Source of the DNA: Octopus sinensis
Taxonomy: Eukaryota
Assembly: GCF_006345805.1 (NCBI RefSeq)
Contig: NC_043001.1
Span: 124,434,001 to 124,498,000, forward strand
Length of the DNA stretch: 64,000 nt
Direction of reading: 5' to 3'
Shown one piece after another: positions 39,331 to 54,458 of the stretch. Within the stretch, counting starts at the first letter, position 1; the number at the start of each line of letters is the position of its first letter. The notes below the pieces were generated by a model. It did not search any database, was not told the origin of the DNA, and saw nothing but the letters and a program-made list of their open reading frames with translations. A program made the translations under genes and the position numbers.

Positions 39331-39712
39331 TGGAGACGCAATGGCCCAATGGTTACGGCAGCGGACACGCGGTCGGAGGATCGCGGTTTCGATTCACAGA
39401 CCGGGCGTTGTGTGTGTTTATTGAGCGAAAACACCTACAGTTCCACGAGACTCCGGCAGGGGGTGGTGGCGACCCCTGTTGTACTCTTTCGCCCCAACGT
39501 TCTCTCACTCTTCCTTCCTGTTTCTTGTCCCCGACATCCTACGCAACCGCTGAGCCTGGATGCGCATTCATCCATCCGCCGATGCTCTCGGTGTCGGGGG
39601 TTGACCTGCTTTTTCTTCTGCAGGTCTTACGAATAGCAAAGGAAAACGATTTGGACTTCTCCCATCTTGCGAGCTCTGGGACGAAGATCGCTTCGCTCAA
39701 CAGCAACAGCAA
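39331..39712 (+). mobile_element. SINE family C with an alternative 3' tail
   Basis: Head matches 1821; unrelated tail ending in CAA/CAG repeats; flanking AACAACAACAGCA duplicated. Confidence 0.82.
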
Positions 39713-39788
39713 CAACAACAGCAAAAAAACATTAGGAGTAGTGAGTAGTGAGTAGTATTAGCAGCAACAGTAGAAGCAGCAGCAGCAA

Positions 39789-39850
<62 letters not shown>

Positions 39851-40219
39851 ATTTAATTATAGATTCCCTTAGCAGCTTTGTATTAGTTACAGACACCATT
39901 AGTCATACCATTAGTCACACCATACCATTAGTCACACCAGTAGTCAATCAAAGACGTTCCAGCAATGACCAATTCAAAGAGTTAATTTTTTACCTCCTTT
40001 TTAGGAGAATAGTACGTAATTTGAAAAAAAGGTAGGTTGCTATTTCTTTCGTCCGCACGTATATTTATCATAATTAAGACACTCCCAAAGTACATAACTA
40101 AAAGCTTTTTTTTATTCCATGACTTCAGGCAAACATTTTTCCTTAGTGTCCTTTTAAAACAAAATTATCTTGTAATTAGTTTAAAACAATGTAAGAAACA
40201 AGCATAGATCCCCCAGATA

Positions 40220-40610
40220 GACGCAGGCGTGGCTGCGTGGTAAGAAGTTTGCTTCCCAAACACATGGTTCCGGGTTCAGTCCTACTGCGTGGCACCTTGG
40301 GTAAGTGTTTCCTACTATAAGTGTTTCCTCCTATAGCCCCGGGCCTTGTGAGTGGATTTGGTAAAAGAGAAACTAAAAGAAGCATATACATATATAAATA
40401 TGTGTGTTTGTGTCACTGTTTATACCCCACCAACACTTGACAACCAGTATTGGTGTGATTACATCCTCGGTAAAAAGGAATCGATTGAATAAGTAGCAGG
40501 CTTTAAAAAACACAAGTATTGGGGTCGATCCATTCGACTAAAAATGTTTCAAGGCGTTGCCCCAGCATGGCCGCAGACTAGTGAGTGAAACAAGTAAAAA
40601 ATAAAAGATA
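40220..40610 (+). mobile_element. SINE family B, diverged
   Basis: Head and CAGCATGGCCGCAG tail. Confidence 0.8.
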
Positions 40611-41196
40611 ATATACGTTGGGGGTCTATGTGCAGTAGGTGTCACTTATGTGACTAAAAGATGAACGGAGAACGTAGAAGCAAAAGGATAGCAACAACGA
40701 AGACATAAGAGATTTACACACAAGTTTATTTATCACAGGTTAAGCTGACTTGGGAATATATATAAATATATACAATACGAGAGTATAAAGAGTGAGTGAG
40801 TCAGCCACCAGCCACCATCTTACCATCAATCAATTTGTCATGGTAACCACTCCATCAAAATTTGTATCTGCTGTCACTAATGTGCATTAACGATAATTTG
40901 GTCAAGCATCATTGTGAGTGAGTGAAGGGAAAGTGTGAGTAAAAGGGGAGTGTCAGTTGGGAGAGAGAAAAAGTATTGGCTGGAAATATTGAACGTAGGG
41001 AGAGAGAATATATTTATATGGTACTGGTTGGTAACGAATATCATTAGTGTTATATACATACACATACACATGCGCACGCACACACACATATACACACACA
41101 TATATATATATACATAGATATACGTATATATCATATGCATGTATATATGTATATATGTATTATTTCTTTACCAGTATTTTATTTCTTTACAATATG

Positions 41197-41236
<40 letters not shown>

Positions 41237-41275
41237 CATGATGAAAAGTATGTTCGCATGCAATACACACACACA

Positions 41276-42411
41276 CAGCGTGCGGTGAATAAATTGTCGC
41301 CTAAATTACGCAAAAATGGAAATAATACTCGTATCTCATTTTAACAGATATATTTACCAACATGACATAAAAATATCTTGAGATACTGAAGAGTAAATTT
41401 ATACAATAAAATCGGCATTGGCTTCAACCACGGCCTCCCGACGACTTCGGAATCTCTTGCAACTCTTCTGGATGGTTTCCTTGTTTAAGTTGGTCAATAT
41501 TGTCATAATCCTTGCCTTCAGTTCATTTTTGGTGTTACAAAGAGTTTTGTTGGTTTCTCGCTCAACTACTACCTACACATAATAATGAAGGGGGTTGCAG
41601 TCTAAGGACTTAGGTGGCCAGATGTCAATGGTGATGTGGTCGCAGAAATTGTCTGACAGCCATGACTGGATTCTCCTGCTCGTGTGGCATAGCGCAGTCA
41701 TGTTGCCAGACATAGGGCCTTCCAACAGCCACCCTCTTGACTCAGGGCTACACTACCTCCTCCAGGCACTTGTTGTAGGCCTCTGTGTTGAGTCTAAAGC
41801 CATGTGGGAAGATGAATGGAGCATAACGTCGCCTGGATGTTTGATATTTATCACTCTCGGTAAATATTTGGGACACGGTAAGCCAACTTTTGTTCTATAT
41901 GTTCACCATCTGATCCTGACAAGTTTTTCTTATCTGAGAAAAACCAAAGCATGTTCGCTTGGAGGGGATGCTTGAGTTTATTCAAAAGTTTCGTAGCACA
42001 GTCTTTCCTCGTCCTTGATGGCTTGGGATAAAAGTTGGCCATTTCTAATCTTGTATGATGAATATCTTCAGAAACGTTAGCACGCCGGGCGTAATGCTTA
42101 GCCGCATTTCATCTGCCGTTACGTTGTGAGTTCACATTCCGCCGAGGTCGACTTTGCCTTTCATCCTTTCGGGGTCGATAAATGAAGTACCAGTTACACA
42201 CTGGGGTCGATGTAATTGACTTAATCCCTTTGTCTGTCCCCTCTATGTTTAGTCCCTTGTGGGCAATAAAGAAATATATATTCATGCCTACCTGCCTGAT
42301 AAGTAACTCAGACACTCTCATGTCCCTAGCGATAAACTTGATTGATTTAGAGGGATTATTGTCAATCATGGCCTGGATTTTATCAACAAATTCAGGAATT
42401 CTTTTTTTATC

Positions 42412-42412
<1 letters not shown>
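41276..42412 (-). mobile_element. Tc1/mariner (maT-like) transposase remnant interrupted by a family A SINE (~42070-42275)
   Basis: Minus-strand IWPPKSLDCNPLHYYV...SCKRFRSRREAVVEA (WPPxSPDxNPxD motif); CAG terminus at 41276. Confidence 0.78.
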
Positions 42413-42482
<70 letters not shown>

Positions 42483-42867
42483 AGATAGATAGATAGATAG
42501 ATAATTAGACAGACACACACAGACAGAGGGAGAGAGATAATTTATAACATTTCGTACCTTATACAAGTTATGCCTCTAAATGGTAATGGGTAGTCTATTA
42601 ATCTCAGTAGGTACATATAGATAGGACACGTTGAATTTGAAAAGCTATTGGTTACTCCAGGCTGGCTCTGATCTTGTGAGCGTATAAATTGTATTGAATC
42701 CAATATTGACTGTTGTTCACATGTACTGGTTCTCGTCTGTATGCTGTAAGAACATTTCAGTGTGCGTAGCGTACACACTTACACACACAGATATACACAA
42801 ACATATACATTGATATGTGTGTGTGTGTGACTGTGTGTGCGTGCGTGTTACTGTGAAATTTGTGTGG

Positions 42868-42899
<32 letters not shown>

Positions 42900-45800
42900 T
42901 ATATATATTTGTATATACATATACGCACATTTATGTTTATATATATACATATATAAATAGATGAGCATATATATATATATATATAAATATTTATATGTAT
43001 TTATATATATATGTATGTATGTATATAAATGTATATATATATATATGTATGTATGTATATATATACACTCATGTGTATATGCGTTTGAAAGAGAGTGCAT
43101 TTATGTGTGTATATATTCACATTTAGAGGATTTATGAATTTCTTCAAATTTCATCTTCATAGGACTTACGCACATGATACAAGCCAGATACAACTGGTTT
43201 ATGAAAGCTTTATTCTTTCTTCTGCGTTATTAGTTTTATCACTGTTGAATTTATGAATATTTAGTCTCTTTTCATATCCTTCTTCTCTGTGTGCAACGTT
43301 CGCAGTTGGCAATAAGATTAACTTTGTAATATGTATTGTAGAATTGAAATTTATAATAGGAGAGATGTTCAAGCATTCATTATAGTTTCATACATGAATT
43401 CCGTATTTATAAAGGCCTCAACGGAGGATGAATTTAGTATCCATGTTCCCTTGCAGTGGCTTCAGACTGCGGTTTCTGAATGAGAAGAAGTTATCCTTGG
43501 GCTAGAAACCTTGTTCAAATGCTAGTACAGATGTGTCTTTGTTAAATGTACCAAAGAGGCTATTCTGGAACTGAGCATTGGATTAACTCTATCAACCAGG
43601 TACAAGAACAGCCATATGGGTGGCGTTTGACTCAGTTTTTACTTACTAAATTCCGTGAAGGTGCTTGGTCCTTTTGTTAGGCTAGGTCGTAGTTTCGATT
43701 CCCGGTCAGAGCTGTGCATTGTGTTCATGAGCAAAGCAATTCATTTCACGTTATGCTATTCCATTCGGCTCTAAATTATTGGTGTCTCCTTCAAGAGGAA
43801 TGTCATGAGCTGGGTCACTTATACGTCACAGAAAGCACGTAACTGAACCTCTTAGTCCTCGGACCCGAGACGTGACTGACTAAATTTCATTTACAAGAAT
43901 TTGACGAAAGTTACTAGTACAAAGTGCCCTATCATTGTCTCGAACCTGAAGCTACATAGCTGCAAAATAATCTTCTAAATCACACAGTTATTTTTGCTCC
44001 TATAACACCATCTCAGCTGACAGTTGTGTAAAGAAAATGAATCAAACTAGGTCCAACAATGAGAGATCTGGTGGACCTTAAATAGAAGTTTAATATATAG
44101 TATGAATGTTGTACTAAAAGAATCCGAAAATTGTCAAACTAAATATTTCATGTATAATATGAATAAAACATTTTTCTGACAAACAAGCGCAAAGTACGAA
44201 AATAAATAACGGCGTTATTCTTGGTTTCAAGAATCCGTTGGTTTCTGTTTTACAAGAATAGTATTACCATGCAAAATAGAATATCTGACGACAGATAAGC
44301 TATAAATATTGCTAAATCCTGTTAGCATATTCATGATTTAACATATATGCTATTTTTTAGCGTTGGGTAAGTCATGATTTGGCAAATCTACGATCCAAAG
44401 CATTCTAGACATAAACAGCCTGGCATTTTCACAGTTATACCATCCAATGTCGCCTATTGTTTAAGACAATTTGATCTGGTTTCAAGCTCACGTATTTCAT
44501 TTCATTTCATTTCTCACACACATGTGAATACTCCAAACATGTCTTGCCATATCATTGGATTCTATTTTTAACTTCATACAAGGGAGGTGCCTTTAAGATT
44601 TGCCTTTTCAAGAAATTGTATATCTTGTTTATGCACCAGTTTGAAGACAATTTTTTTAGAAATGCTTATAAACCAATGTTTTATTCTTCTGAACCAGATT
44701 GAAAAACAAAGTACTTAGCTCAGTGCGTATAAGGTACTACTTATTCAGTCCTTTAGTTGAAATCGTTACTTCCTGAAAATAAAATTTTACATCTTCGTTT
44801 AGACAAAGGCTACACCGCATTTTTTTTTACTTGAAGCTGCAATTCGTCTAAGCTTATCTACAATCGACTAGGAAATTTAGAATTTGGAAGGCTCGGTTGA
44901 AAAGCATATACATTTAGACAAAGCCGTAGTGCATATTGTAGTAGGGTTGGAAAATAAATCTTTGTGCTTACAAAATCGATTTTTTAAAATTTCAGTTCAG
45001 TTTATCTAATATATATTTTAGGTTTATCTCAACAGCTTTTCTCTACTCTAGCATTGTATGCCAAAGTTATTATCTAGTGGGCCATTCTCACAAATTTTGA
45101 AGTCTCGTGATTGGTGTCGGCCTATAATTTTACCTTCAGCTTTGCTGCATTATAACCTCGGATATAACTATCTAAACTGTTACTAGCTGAAGAACTAACC
45201 ACTTCTTTAATAACTTACTATAATCACAGCCTGGTTAAATATACAACAACACCTTCTAAATGAGACGTCAGTTTATTGCAATATTAATATCTGGGTACCA
45301 CTGATAACCTTTTCCGGATGAGTAAACTGAAACAAGATAAAAGGAAATATCTTACTCGACAACAAACCGTACCGCCAGGCCAGAGGACCGAATCAATGCT
45401 GCTAATCGCTAGGCCACGCCCAGCTCTGCTAACCGCTAGACCACGCATCCTCACGTTAACATTTCAGATTTTGTATTAAATATCAAAGTAAAACTAAATG
45501 TACGATTTGTTTTAGACAGTCAGTATTACTTATAATTTCCAGTGACATTCTATGAAACGTTAAATTACATTTTCATAAGGCTAAACACAGCTGTTAAGAC
45601 ACTTCGATATCGTCATGAATTCCCGTCAGTCGTTGTCAGAGAATTTTCAATTATTCAGGCTTATACTACAATGAGAAATGCAATTATGATCTAACATCTG
45701 GACGTTTAAACAAATAACAACTTGTGTGTTGATCATGAGCAATAAGTGCTACACTCACGGGTTTTGAAGTCTTGGATGTTACCTATGAGACTCTAGTAGC

Positions 45801-47379
45801 CTACTCAAATCTATTGATTTGCCTTTGCTAACATCCTCCTTTACAAAAGAGCCAGGATAACAACCTCCGCTAAATACAGAACCATGCTTATTTATGTCGG
45901 TCGCTCTATACATACATACATACATACATACATACATACATACATACATACATACATACACACACAAACACACACACGCACACATACACACGCACATACA
46001 TTATGAGGGCCTGGGAGAGCCTTGGATATAGTTTCTCTCTCCAGTGCAAACCAGTAACAAATAACAAAACCATCTCACAGCAGAAATTATGTGTCATTAT
46101 GCATGACAGAATGTGTCTTCTTCTCTATGAGGTCAGCTAAGGCATAAAGAAAAACAAAATGGTGGTGATGACGTTTATATCAGCAGAAGCGGCGTTGAAG
46201 GCACTGATGCTAGCGATTCAATGTGCATTGCTTCCTCGCAGTCTGTAGAGAATGGTTTTGTATAACACTCAGTTGTGTGTGATCGAGCAGAATTATGACC
46301 AAATACATTCAAATCTTCTTTTGCCTTGTTTCCTCATTCTTTTTTTTTTCTGTATTTTTGCGGGTTTTTTTTCTTTTTGCAAAATTTGTTTGTTTCTTCT
46401 TTTAACAAATATCTACTCCGCATTACAATATCCTATATGCCTGCTTTAAGACTGTAGGTCCTGGATGGAAAGTGATCTGATAACTAATTGTAACCGATTG
46501 ATTTATTACATAGATACGTTCACATAGCCAAGTTTTATTGCAAATCGATTTATTATGAAGATATGTGTTCTCGTTAACTCATCTATAAACCAAATTTTAT
46601 AAAACAAATTTTATAGGAATGGTAATAGCTGGGAATTACGAGTTTATGATTTCCAGTTGCACAAACTTACATGGAGTTGACACCCTGGTAATGCGATTCA
46701 TGAAGCGTTTTATTATATTTAATCTGAAAATGAGTGTTGAAGAGAACCCATCATTGGTGAATTTAATTGATGCTATACTCAATGATAACTGAAAATGCAT
46801 AAACTTAACCATTCAACTTATTGACAGGCAACAACCCGGTCATTTACCCTTGCACTGTGATCAAGTACGTGCAATAATGGCGTCAACTTTCAGTGTTTAT
46901 ACATCGATACCTTCCGATTATTATCGAATCTATTAAAAGTTCACACGTGTCGCTTTCTTTCCATAGAGAAACAAATTCCGGAAATTGTAGACAGTCGACT
47001 GTCTCTACATATTCGCTGTCTTCGTCTGTGCATATTCTTCGCCTTTAAGTATACCAGATATAACGGCCTAGATATAATGAACACAAGCTAAAATGCTGGA
47101 ATTCCTTCCCTGAATTAGGGTCGATCCGTACTTTGTGAAATTCCCAACAAATTGAAATAACTAATGAATTTATTTGTACCATAAAACTGCGTTTGTTTGG
47201 ATAGTTTCAGTTGTTCTTCATATATTTAGATGTTTTTAAATATTCAAATTAAAAAAATATGGGATTTCTGTACAAGATTCTCTTCATTCTTCAGTGTACT
47301 TTTATTATTTAATATATACTTCAGTGATTGGATTGCCGTTATACTGAGGAACCTCCTTGCGAGGTTTTAGCCAAATAAA

Positions 47380-48005
47380 TCGACCCCACAACTTTTTACA
47401 AAGCCTGATACTCATTATATCGGCTTTTTGCCGAACGGCTATGTTTTGGGCTCATTGCCAAGCGGCAGGGGAGAACAAACACAAAGTCAAACACGCAAGC
47501 ATATACACACACGCACGCACACACACACATACACACACACATACACACACACATACACACACACATACACACACACATACATATATGTATATGTATATAT
47601 ATGTATATATATATATATTTAATGTAGGATAAATTTTTTTTCGAAAAAAAATGTTATCAATGGCCAGCATATTAAAAAATACCTTTAAAGGTTAAAATTA
47701 TAAATAAGTTATAAATAAGTGCAAACGAGAAAATTTCTAATGCCAAATATGCCGAAATTGAACATATGGTTATGAACAATATGTTCAATTTCGGCATATT
47801 TGGCATTAGAAATTTTTTCGTTTGCCCTTATTTATAATTTATGTATATATATGAGTTTCTTTCAGGTTACGTCTATCAAAACTACTCACGAAAATTTGAT
47901 CGGCCCGAGACTATAGTAGAAGACACTTGATCAAGGTGAACAAAGTAAGGCTGAACCTGGAACCGTTTGGTGGGGAAGCAAGCTTCTTACCACAGATCCA
48001 TGCCT
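47380..48005 (-). mobile_element. SINE family B split by a foldback insertion (~47620-47840) in its internal TA repeat
   Basis: 3' part at 47380-47500 and 5' part at 47850-48005 match family B; between them a hairpin 47709-47767 / 47779-47837. Confidence 0.72.
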
Positions 48006-48079
48006 ATAATTTATATTAAATATATAAGCATTTTGGAATATGGTTCATTATCTGTAGAATATTTCCAATATAAATAATG

Positions 48080-48438
48080 TTGGAGTAAAGATTGTTTCCC
48101 AACATAACATGACAGTCCCGGTTTTAGGACGAATGTTGCTGTAATTTAGCCCCGGGAGACATTGTCTCCAGCTGGCTATACGACATGATCTGTGTCATTA
48201 TATTTTCGAACAAGGGAATCTAGCACCCCCACTCAGCTCAAAACTATAACCCGAAATCGCGATACACAGATATTGTTTTAGCTGAGTGGGGGTGCAAGAT
48301 TCATTTGTTCGAAAGTATAAGGACACAAATCGTATCGTATAGCCAGCTGGAGACAATGTCTCCTGGGGCTAAATTACAGCAACATTTGTCCTAAAACCTG
48401 GACTGTCATGTTATGTTGACAAACAATTTTTACTCCAA
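48080..48438. repeat. Foldback/MITE-like inverted repeat, ~170-bp arms and ~20-bp spacer
   Basis: Arms are reverse complements with scattered mismatches. Confidence 0.85.
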
Positions 48439-49479
48439 AGTACTGTTGCTGAATATCTCATTGTGAGATTTAAAAATAGTCATTTTCTAATAAACGATGT
48501 TATCTACGTGATACTTGACCATTGCTTATTTCAATGTAAAACTGTTTAGTATTACCTTGAATATTATTTTACTAATATTTCATATTTATTTTTCTTTCTC
48601 AAATTTTTTTTCAATATTTTGTTTAAATTGCTCTCTATTCCGCTTATTAAGTTGTTTAATAAATTGATTCCAAATACTATCATTCCACATTGTCAATATC
48701 AAAATGTGGCGGTATTAGAAATTGTTGCCAGATGATGTCAGTACTATCAGATATTATTGATGTGAAATTGCAAATATCACGCTTACGTCTTCCTGTAATT
48801 GAATCGCAGTGTAAAGCAGGAGAGTAAACTACCACCGAGAACAAACATAAAAGCGTCACATGGTAACTTTGATCTTGAAGAAATGATGTTTGTACGCTGT
48901 GTGTTTCAGGATCGATACCAATGAAAAGTTTGCTGAGTGAAATTTGCTAGACGAAGACTGTGGAAACTCAGCTTCTGTTCTTAAGGAGAATGGGTTAGGT
49001 TTACTCAGTTGTCTACTTTCGCATAACATCCGGTTTCTTGAACGACTTTAGTGGTGGGTGGAGTCCATTATATTGTAAATATTCGAGTCTGAGGATAAGT
49101 TCCTCTTTTATTTCTACGATTTGGAGGCCGTTAAACGGTTATTAGCGCTACCCTTCCCCTCTGTATTGCAATAACGCTGTATATACATTATACATCTGAA
49201 CCTGATGGTGTTTTGTATTGATCTCATTATCATCTTTAGAATTGATAACCTGGTCTTAGATAATTATATCTGGAGAGAAGAGGGAATGATCATTGCAATA
49301 CCGTTCATCATTGGATAGCTTCATTCAGCTCACTTTGAGTTCAACAACAAGGAACTGTGTCACAAGAATGGTTTCTCGACATTCTGCTTTCGCTTCTATT
49401 TACCGACTCATATAACTCCCAGGTGGTAGTCACCGAGAATTACTTTTCATATTACATTTTATATTAATTTCTTTTCTTT

Positions 49480-49871
49480 CTGTTTTTTTACTTGTTTCAG
49501 TCATTTGACTACGGTCATGCTGGAGCACCACCTTTAATCGAGCAACTCGACCCCGGGACTTATTCTTTGTAAGCCCAGCACTTATTCTATCGGATTTCTT
49601 TTGCCGAACATAAACACACCAGCATCGGTTGTCAAGCAATGCTAGGGGGACATACACAGACACACTAACACACACGCACATATTTATATATATATATACA
49701 TATATACAACGAACTTCTTTCAGTTTCCGTCTACCAAATCCACTCACAAGGCTTTGGTCGGCCCGAGGCTATAGTAGAAGACACTTGCCCAAGGTGCCAC
49801 GCAGTGGGACTGAACCCGGAACCATGTGGTTGGTAAGCAAGCTACTTACCACACAGCCACTCCTGCGCCTA
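49480..49871 (-). mobile_element. SINE family B
   Basis: Reverse-complement match to 13960-14362. Confidence 0.88.
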
Positions 49872-50055
49872 TTTAATTTATGTAATTATATTTAATTTAT
49901 GTAATTTATTACATTGTATTTTCTTGGTGAAGTTAGACTTCGACTGATGCTCTTCATATCAGATCATTCACGGCTATATCTTCAAAATTTATTCAACCCT
50001 TTTCTTCCTTATTTTCTTTACATGAAGCATTCAGTCCCTTACCAATTTTTATTTC

Positions 50056-50097
<42 letters not shown>

Positions 50098-51102
50098 TGT
50101 GTGTGTATAGTGTTCAATTTCTTTCTCTACTTCATATTAATTACGTTATCAATCTCCATATGTTAACTAAAAGTTTTGCTTCTAGATATTACCTTTCGTG
50201 TAAATGTCTCACCATCACATGTTGATGTCATTGTTGATGTCATTGTTTTCGTATTTCGTATTTGGTAATATAACATTACATTTAAATGAATATTTTCATC
50301 AGCAAATCATTGATTTGTTTTTATATTTTATATGAGCGCCATTACGTTCCTCGCTGTACGACTTGAGGAGCGGCATCAGGAAATTCAAATTAAAACTTTT
50401 TACGTCAAGTATCGGCATTGATTCTGTCTACCACTTAAATTCCTTTTAATATGCCTACCATTACAAATATCTTGTTTATTAGATGCAGCCGGGTTAAATG
50501 CATGTCGATCTTTATCATTAAAGCTTTCAATGTTATATATTTTACAGTACATATTTTAATAAAAATAACGTATTTAATTTATACATTAAGCAATAAAGTT
50601 TGAATGATTCTATTCGATTAACTCACTGGGGACTGCTAACATTAATTTGAATTGGAAACTGAATTTTAGATCTTCAAATTTAGAGGATTTTCATGTTATT
50701 GGATGTTGTTATTTTTCAATGGAAGATATATGCTAACACTCTTCAATGAAAGAGTAATGTATCTAATCGCTTAAAAACAAAGCAACGTGTTTAGATTGAT
50801 AGCCTGAATGTGGAGTGTTAGAAATCTGAGAGTGGCAAGCTAAATATTTTGCAGTAATAAGTTTCTTAGTTGCATGTTCAAAACAAGCTAAATTTATCTT
50901 TTCTATATCATATTCATATCGATATGACCAGTCATTTACAAGACTCAAGACAATTAAATACATTGTGTCCAATAAATATGTGCCTATGTGTCAATGTGTA
51001 ATATACCTTTTATATAGACATATAAATATAATTGTAATGTAACGTCAATTGCGAATAAACATACGCAGGTTTGCATACATTATACATACATACACACACA
51101 CG

Positions 51103-51142
<40 letters not shown>

Positions 51143-51449
51143 TACACGCAGAGACACACACACATACCCACACTTTGTTTTTGTACTTGATTTGCAAAAT
51201 TCTTGATGTGAATTTGTGTGTTGAAACAATTCCTGCTGTGTCTAGGGATAGTCATTATGGCAATAAAAATTTAAATAAACACACGCACTGGTTCAATACC
51301 ACTTGTTTATTTTACCAACAGAATATTCAGTTGTTTGTTTAATGTGTTGACTGAGAAAGTCCATCAGGTGTTAGTTTTCTCTATCGTAGTCTCTTTTTTA
51401 TTTACGACCTCATCAATGACATACCCTCACTCTTCAAGGTTTGTTTTCA

Positions 51450-52383
51450 GTCTATATGTATGTATGTATGTATGGATGGATGTATGAATGGTTGTATGTA
51501 TACATGTATATATGTGTATGTATGTATGCCTATATCTGTATGTATGGACGCAGGTATGTATGTATGTATGTATCTAAGTATGTATGCATGCATGTACGCA
51601 TGCATGTATGTATGTATTTATATATGTATGCATGTATGTGTATGTAGGTATGTACTCATGCATGCTCGCATTTAGGTATATATGTATACTTGTATGTACG
51701 TATGTATTTATGTATGTATGCATGTATCTATGCATGCACGTAGATGTATGCATGCATGCATGTATGTATGTATGCATGTATGAATATGTATGTATACACG
51801 CATGTATGTATCTATAGATGCATGCAAGTATGCATATATGTATGCATACATGCATGTATGTATGCACACATATGTATATATGTACACATACGTGTATGAT
51901 GATATGTGTTATTTACTTATGTGTGTGTGCGTTCAGGCGTGTTGTGTTCGTGTGGTATAGTCGGTTATATTTTGAATTGAGAAGCACCTGTGTGTAGAGT
52001 TGTGTGCCGATGGCACTCTCGGTGTGTTTTGATTATTGTCAGGAATAGTAGTAGTATTACAGGAATCAGAATACCTGGTGTTATCTGTAACTGCCATTTA
52101 CCTGGCAAAATAAAACGCATGTTGCTGCATTTGACAAGCTGTGAATTGGATTAAGTAACATTTGTATGCATGTACGTACGTATATATGTATGAATGCACG
52201 TATGTATGTACCATGAACCAATGTACGTATGTGGTGTGTACGTACGTACGTACGCATGTATGTATGTATGTATGTATGTATGTATGTATGTATGTATGTA
52301 TGTATGTATATGTATATGTATGTATGTACCATGAACCAATGTACGTAAGTGTGTGTACGTACGTACGTACGCATGTATGTAGG

Positions 52384-52415
<32 letters not shown>

Positions 52416-52450
52416 TGTATGTATGTATGCATGTATGTATGTATGCCTTT
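51450..52450. repeat. Degenerate (TATG)n microsatellite blocks
   Basis: TATG/CATG runs; the complementary (CATA)n block lies at 53370-53660. Confidence 0.9.
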
Positions 52451-52629
52451 GTGTATGTGTATATATACTCGGTGACGAGAAAACATCTGAAGAAGACATA
52501 GTGAGGTAATCCTTACCGAAATCCTAAATATAATTTGAAATAATATATGAATATTTCTAGAACGTTAATCTCTACACTAACTGTATAAACGGTACGTTCG
52601 TCTATTCTTATATTTTTTCTTTCAGATAT

Positions 52630-53025
52630 TCGACCGCAGCCATGCTGGAGCAACATCTTAGCAGGGTTTTTATTCGAACAAATCGACACCAGGACTTATT
52701 TTTAAGCGTAGTACTTAACACATCAGTTCTTTTTGTCGAAACGCTAAGTTACGGGGACGTAGACACACCAACACCGGTTGTCAAGAGGTGATGGCGGACA
52801 AACATAGACACAAAAACACACATGAATACACACGCGCGTATGTACGTATATATATATATATACGACGGGCTTCTTTCAGTTTCCGTCAAACAAATCAACT
52901 CACAAGGATTTGGTCGGCGTGAGGCTATAGAAGAAACACTTGCCCAAGGTTCCACACAGTAGGAGTGAACCCGGGACCAGGTGGTTGAGAGCCAAGCTTC
53001 TTACCATACACCCACGCCTAAGCCT
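52630..53025 (-). mobile_element. SINE family B
   Basis: Reverse-complement match to the family. Confidence 0.83.
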
Positions 53026-54305
53026 ATTAACTTCTGATTCTCAATATCAATGAAACCTACCCATTGCGTAGCAATTCTTTCGAGATATACATATATGTAT
53101 GTGTGAGGGTGCGCGGATGCGTGTGTATATATGTGTGAGTATGTGTGTGAGTATGTGTGTGTGTTTTGCGTCTGTGTGTTTAATACTTGGCGTTGTTAAT
53201 TTACAGAAATCATCAACATACATACATACATACATATGCTCTTGCATATATATTGATGTGATATGTACGTATATAAGCACATGTATGTATTTATATATTT
53301 TATATATACGTCTGTTATCTTACATATAAACATACTCATGCATATATCTCTATATAGAAATATATTTATATACACACATACATACATACATACATACATA
53401 CACACACATACATACATACATACATACATACACACATACACACATACATACATACATACATACATACATACATGCATGCATACGTACGTATATACATACA
53501 TATATACATACATACATACATACATGCATGCATACGTACGTATATACATACATATATACATATATACATACATACATACATACATGCATACATACATACA
53601 TACATACATACATACATACATGCATACATACATACATACATACATACATACACACATATATATATATATATATGTGTGTGTTCGTCTGAGAATGTGAACT
53701 TGCATATGTATATATAGGTGTACTACTTACTATGCAAGGAAAATGCGCTGAAGTAAAAAGGAAATACGTAACAGCATTTGGTAAAATTCGGCACATGAAG
53801 AAGTATGAATATAAAAGGTGAAATATTGCTAACGGGTGCCAGATGTTACTGAAACATAGAGAATTACATTCCTGTGCTTCTTTCCCAAAATTTTCCAATT
53901 TAACCAGAAATCCCTTTAGCGAGCTTTGATCAATGTGTGATTGATTGAAACACCTATATCAATACATTCCTAACTTAATGTCGGGTGGTGCTTTATGAGT
54001 GCGTGTGTTTGTGTGTAAATGTGCATGCATATATGAACATGAATATATACACATATACATATATATATACCCATATAATATATGTACATATGGGTGATAT
54101 ATAGAATATATGCATATATATACAAGCACTTACGCACACACATAAAAAGTATGTATATGTCTTTGTGTGTATATATATGTGTGTGAGTGTGCGAATGTGT
54201 GTCTGTATCTATGTCCATATATCGATTTATCTATCTATCTACCTCTCCATCTCTATCTATATACGTATATATATATAATATTATATATATATATATATAT
54301 ATTAT

Positions 54306-54341
<36 letters not shown>

Positions 54342-54394
54342 ACAGATAGATATATACATGTGTGAGTGTGAGTATATATCTATCTATTATCTAT

Positions 54395-54458
<64 letters not shown>

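Noticed and set aside
40650-41050. Possible solo LTR
   Set aside because: No convincing TG..CA ends with TSD and no second copy
52485-52560. CTGAAGA...GAAA hammerhead-like words
   Set aside because: No pairing stem I or III and no NUH site in register
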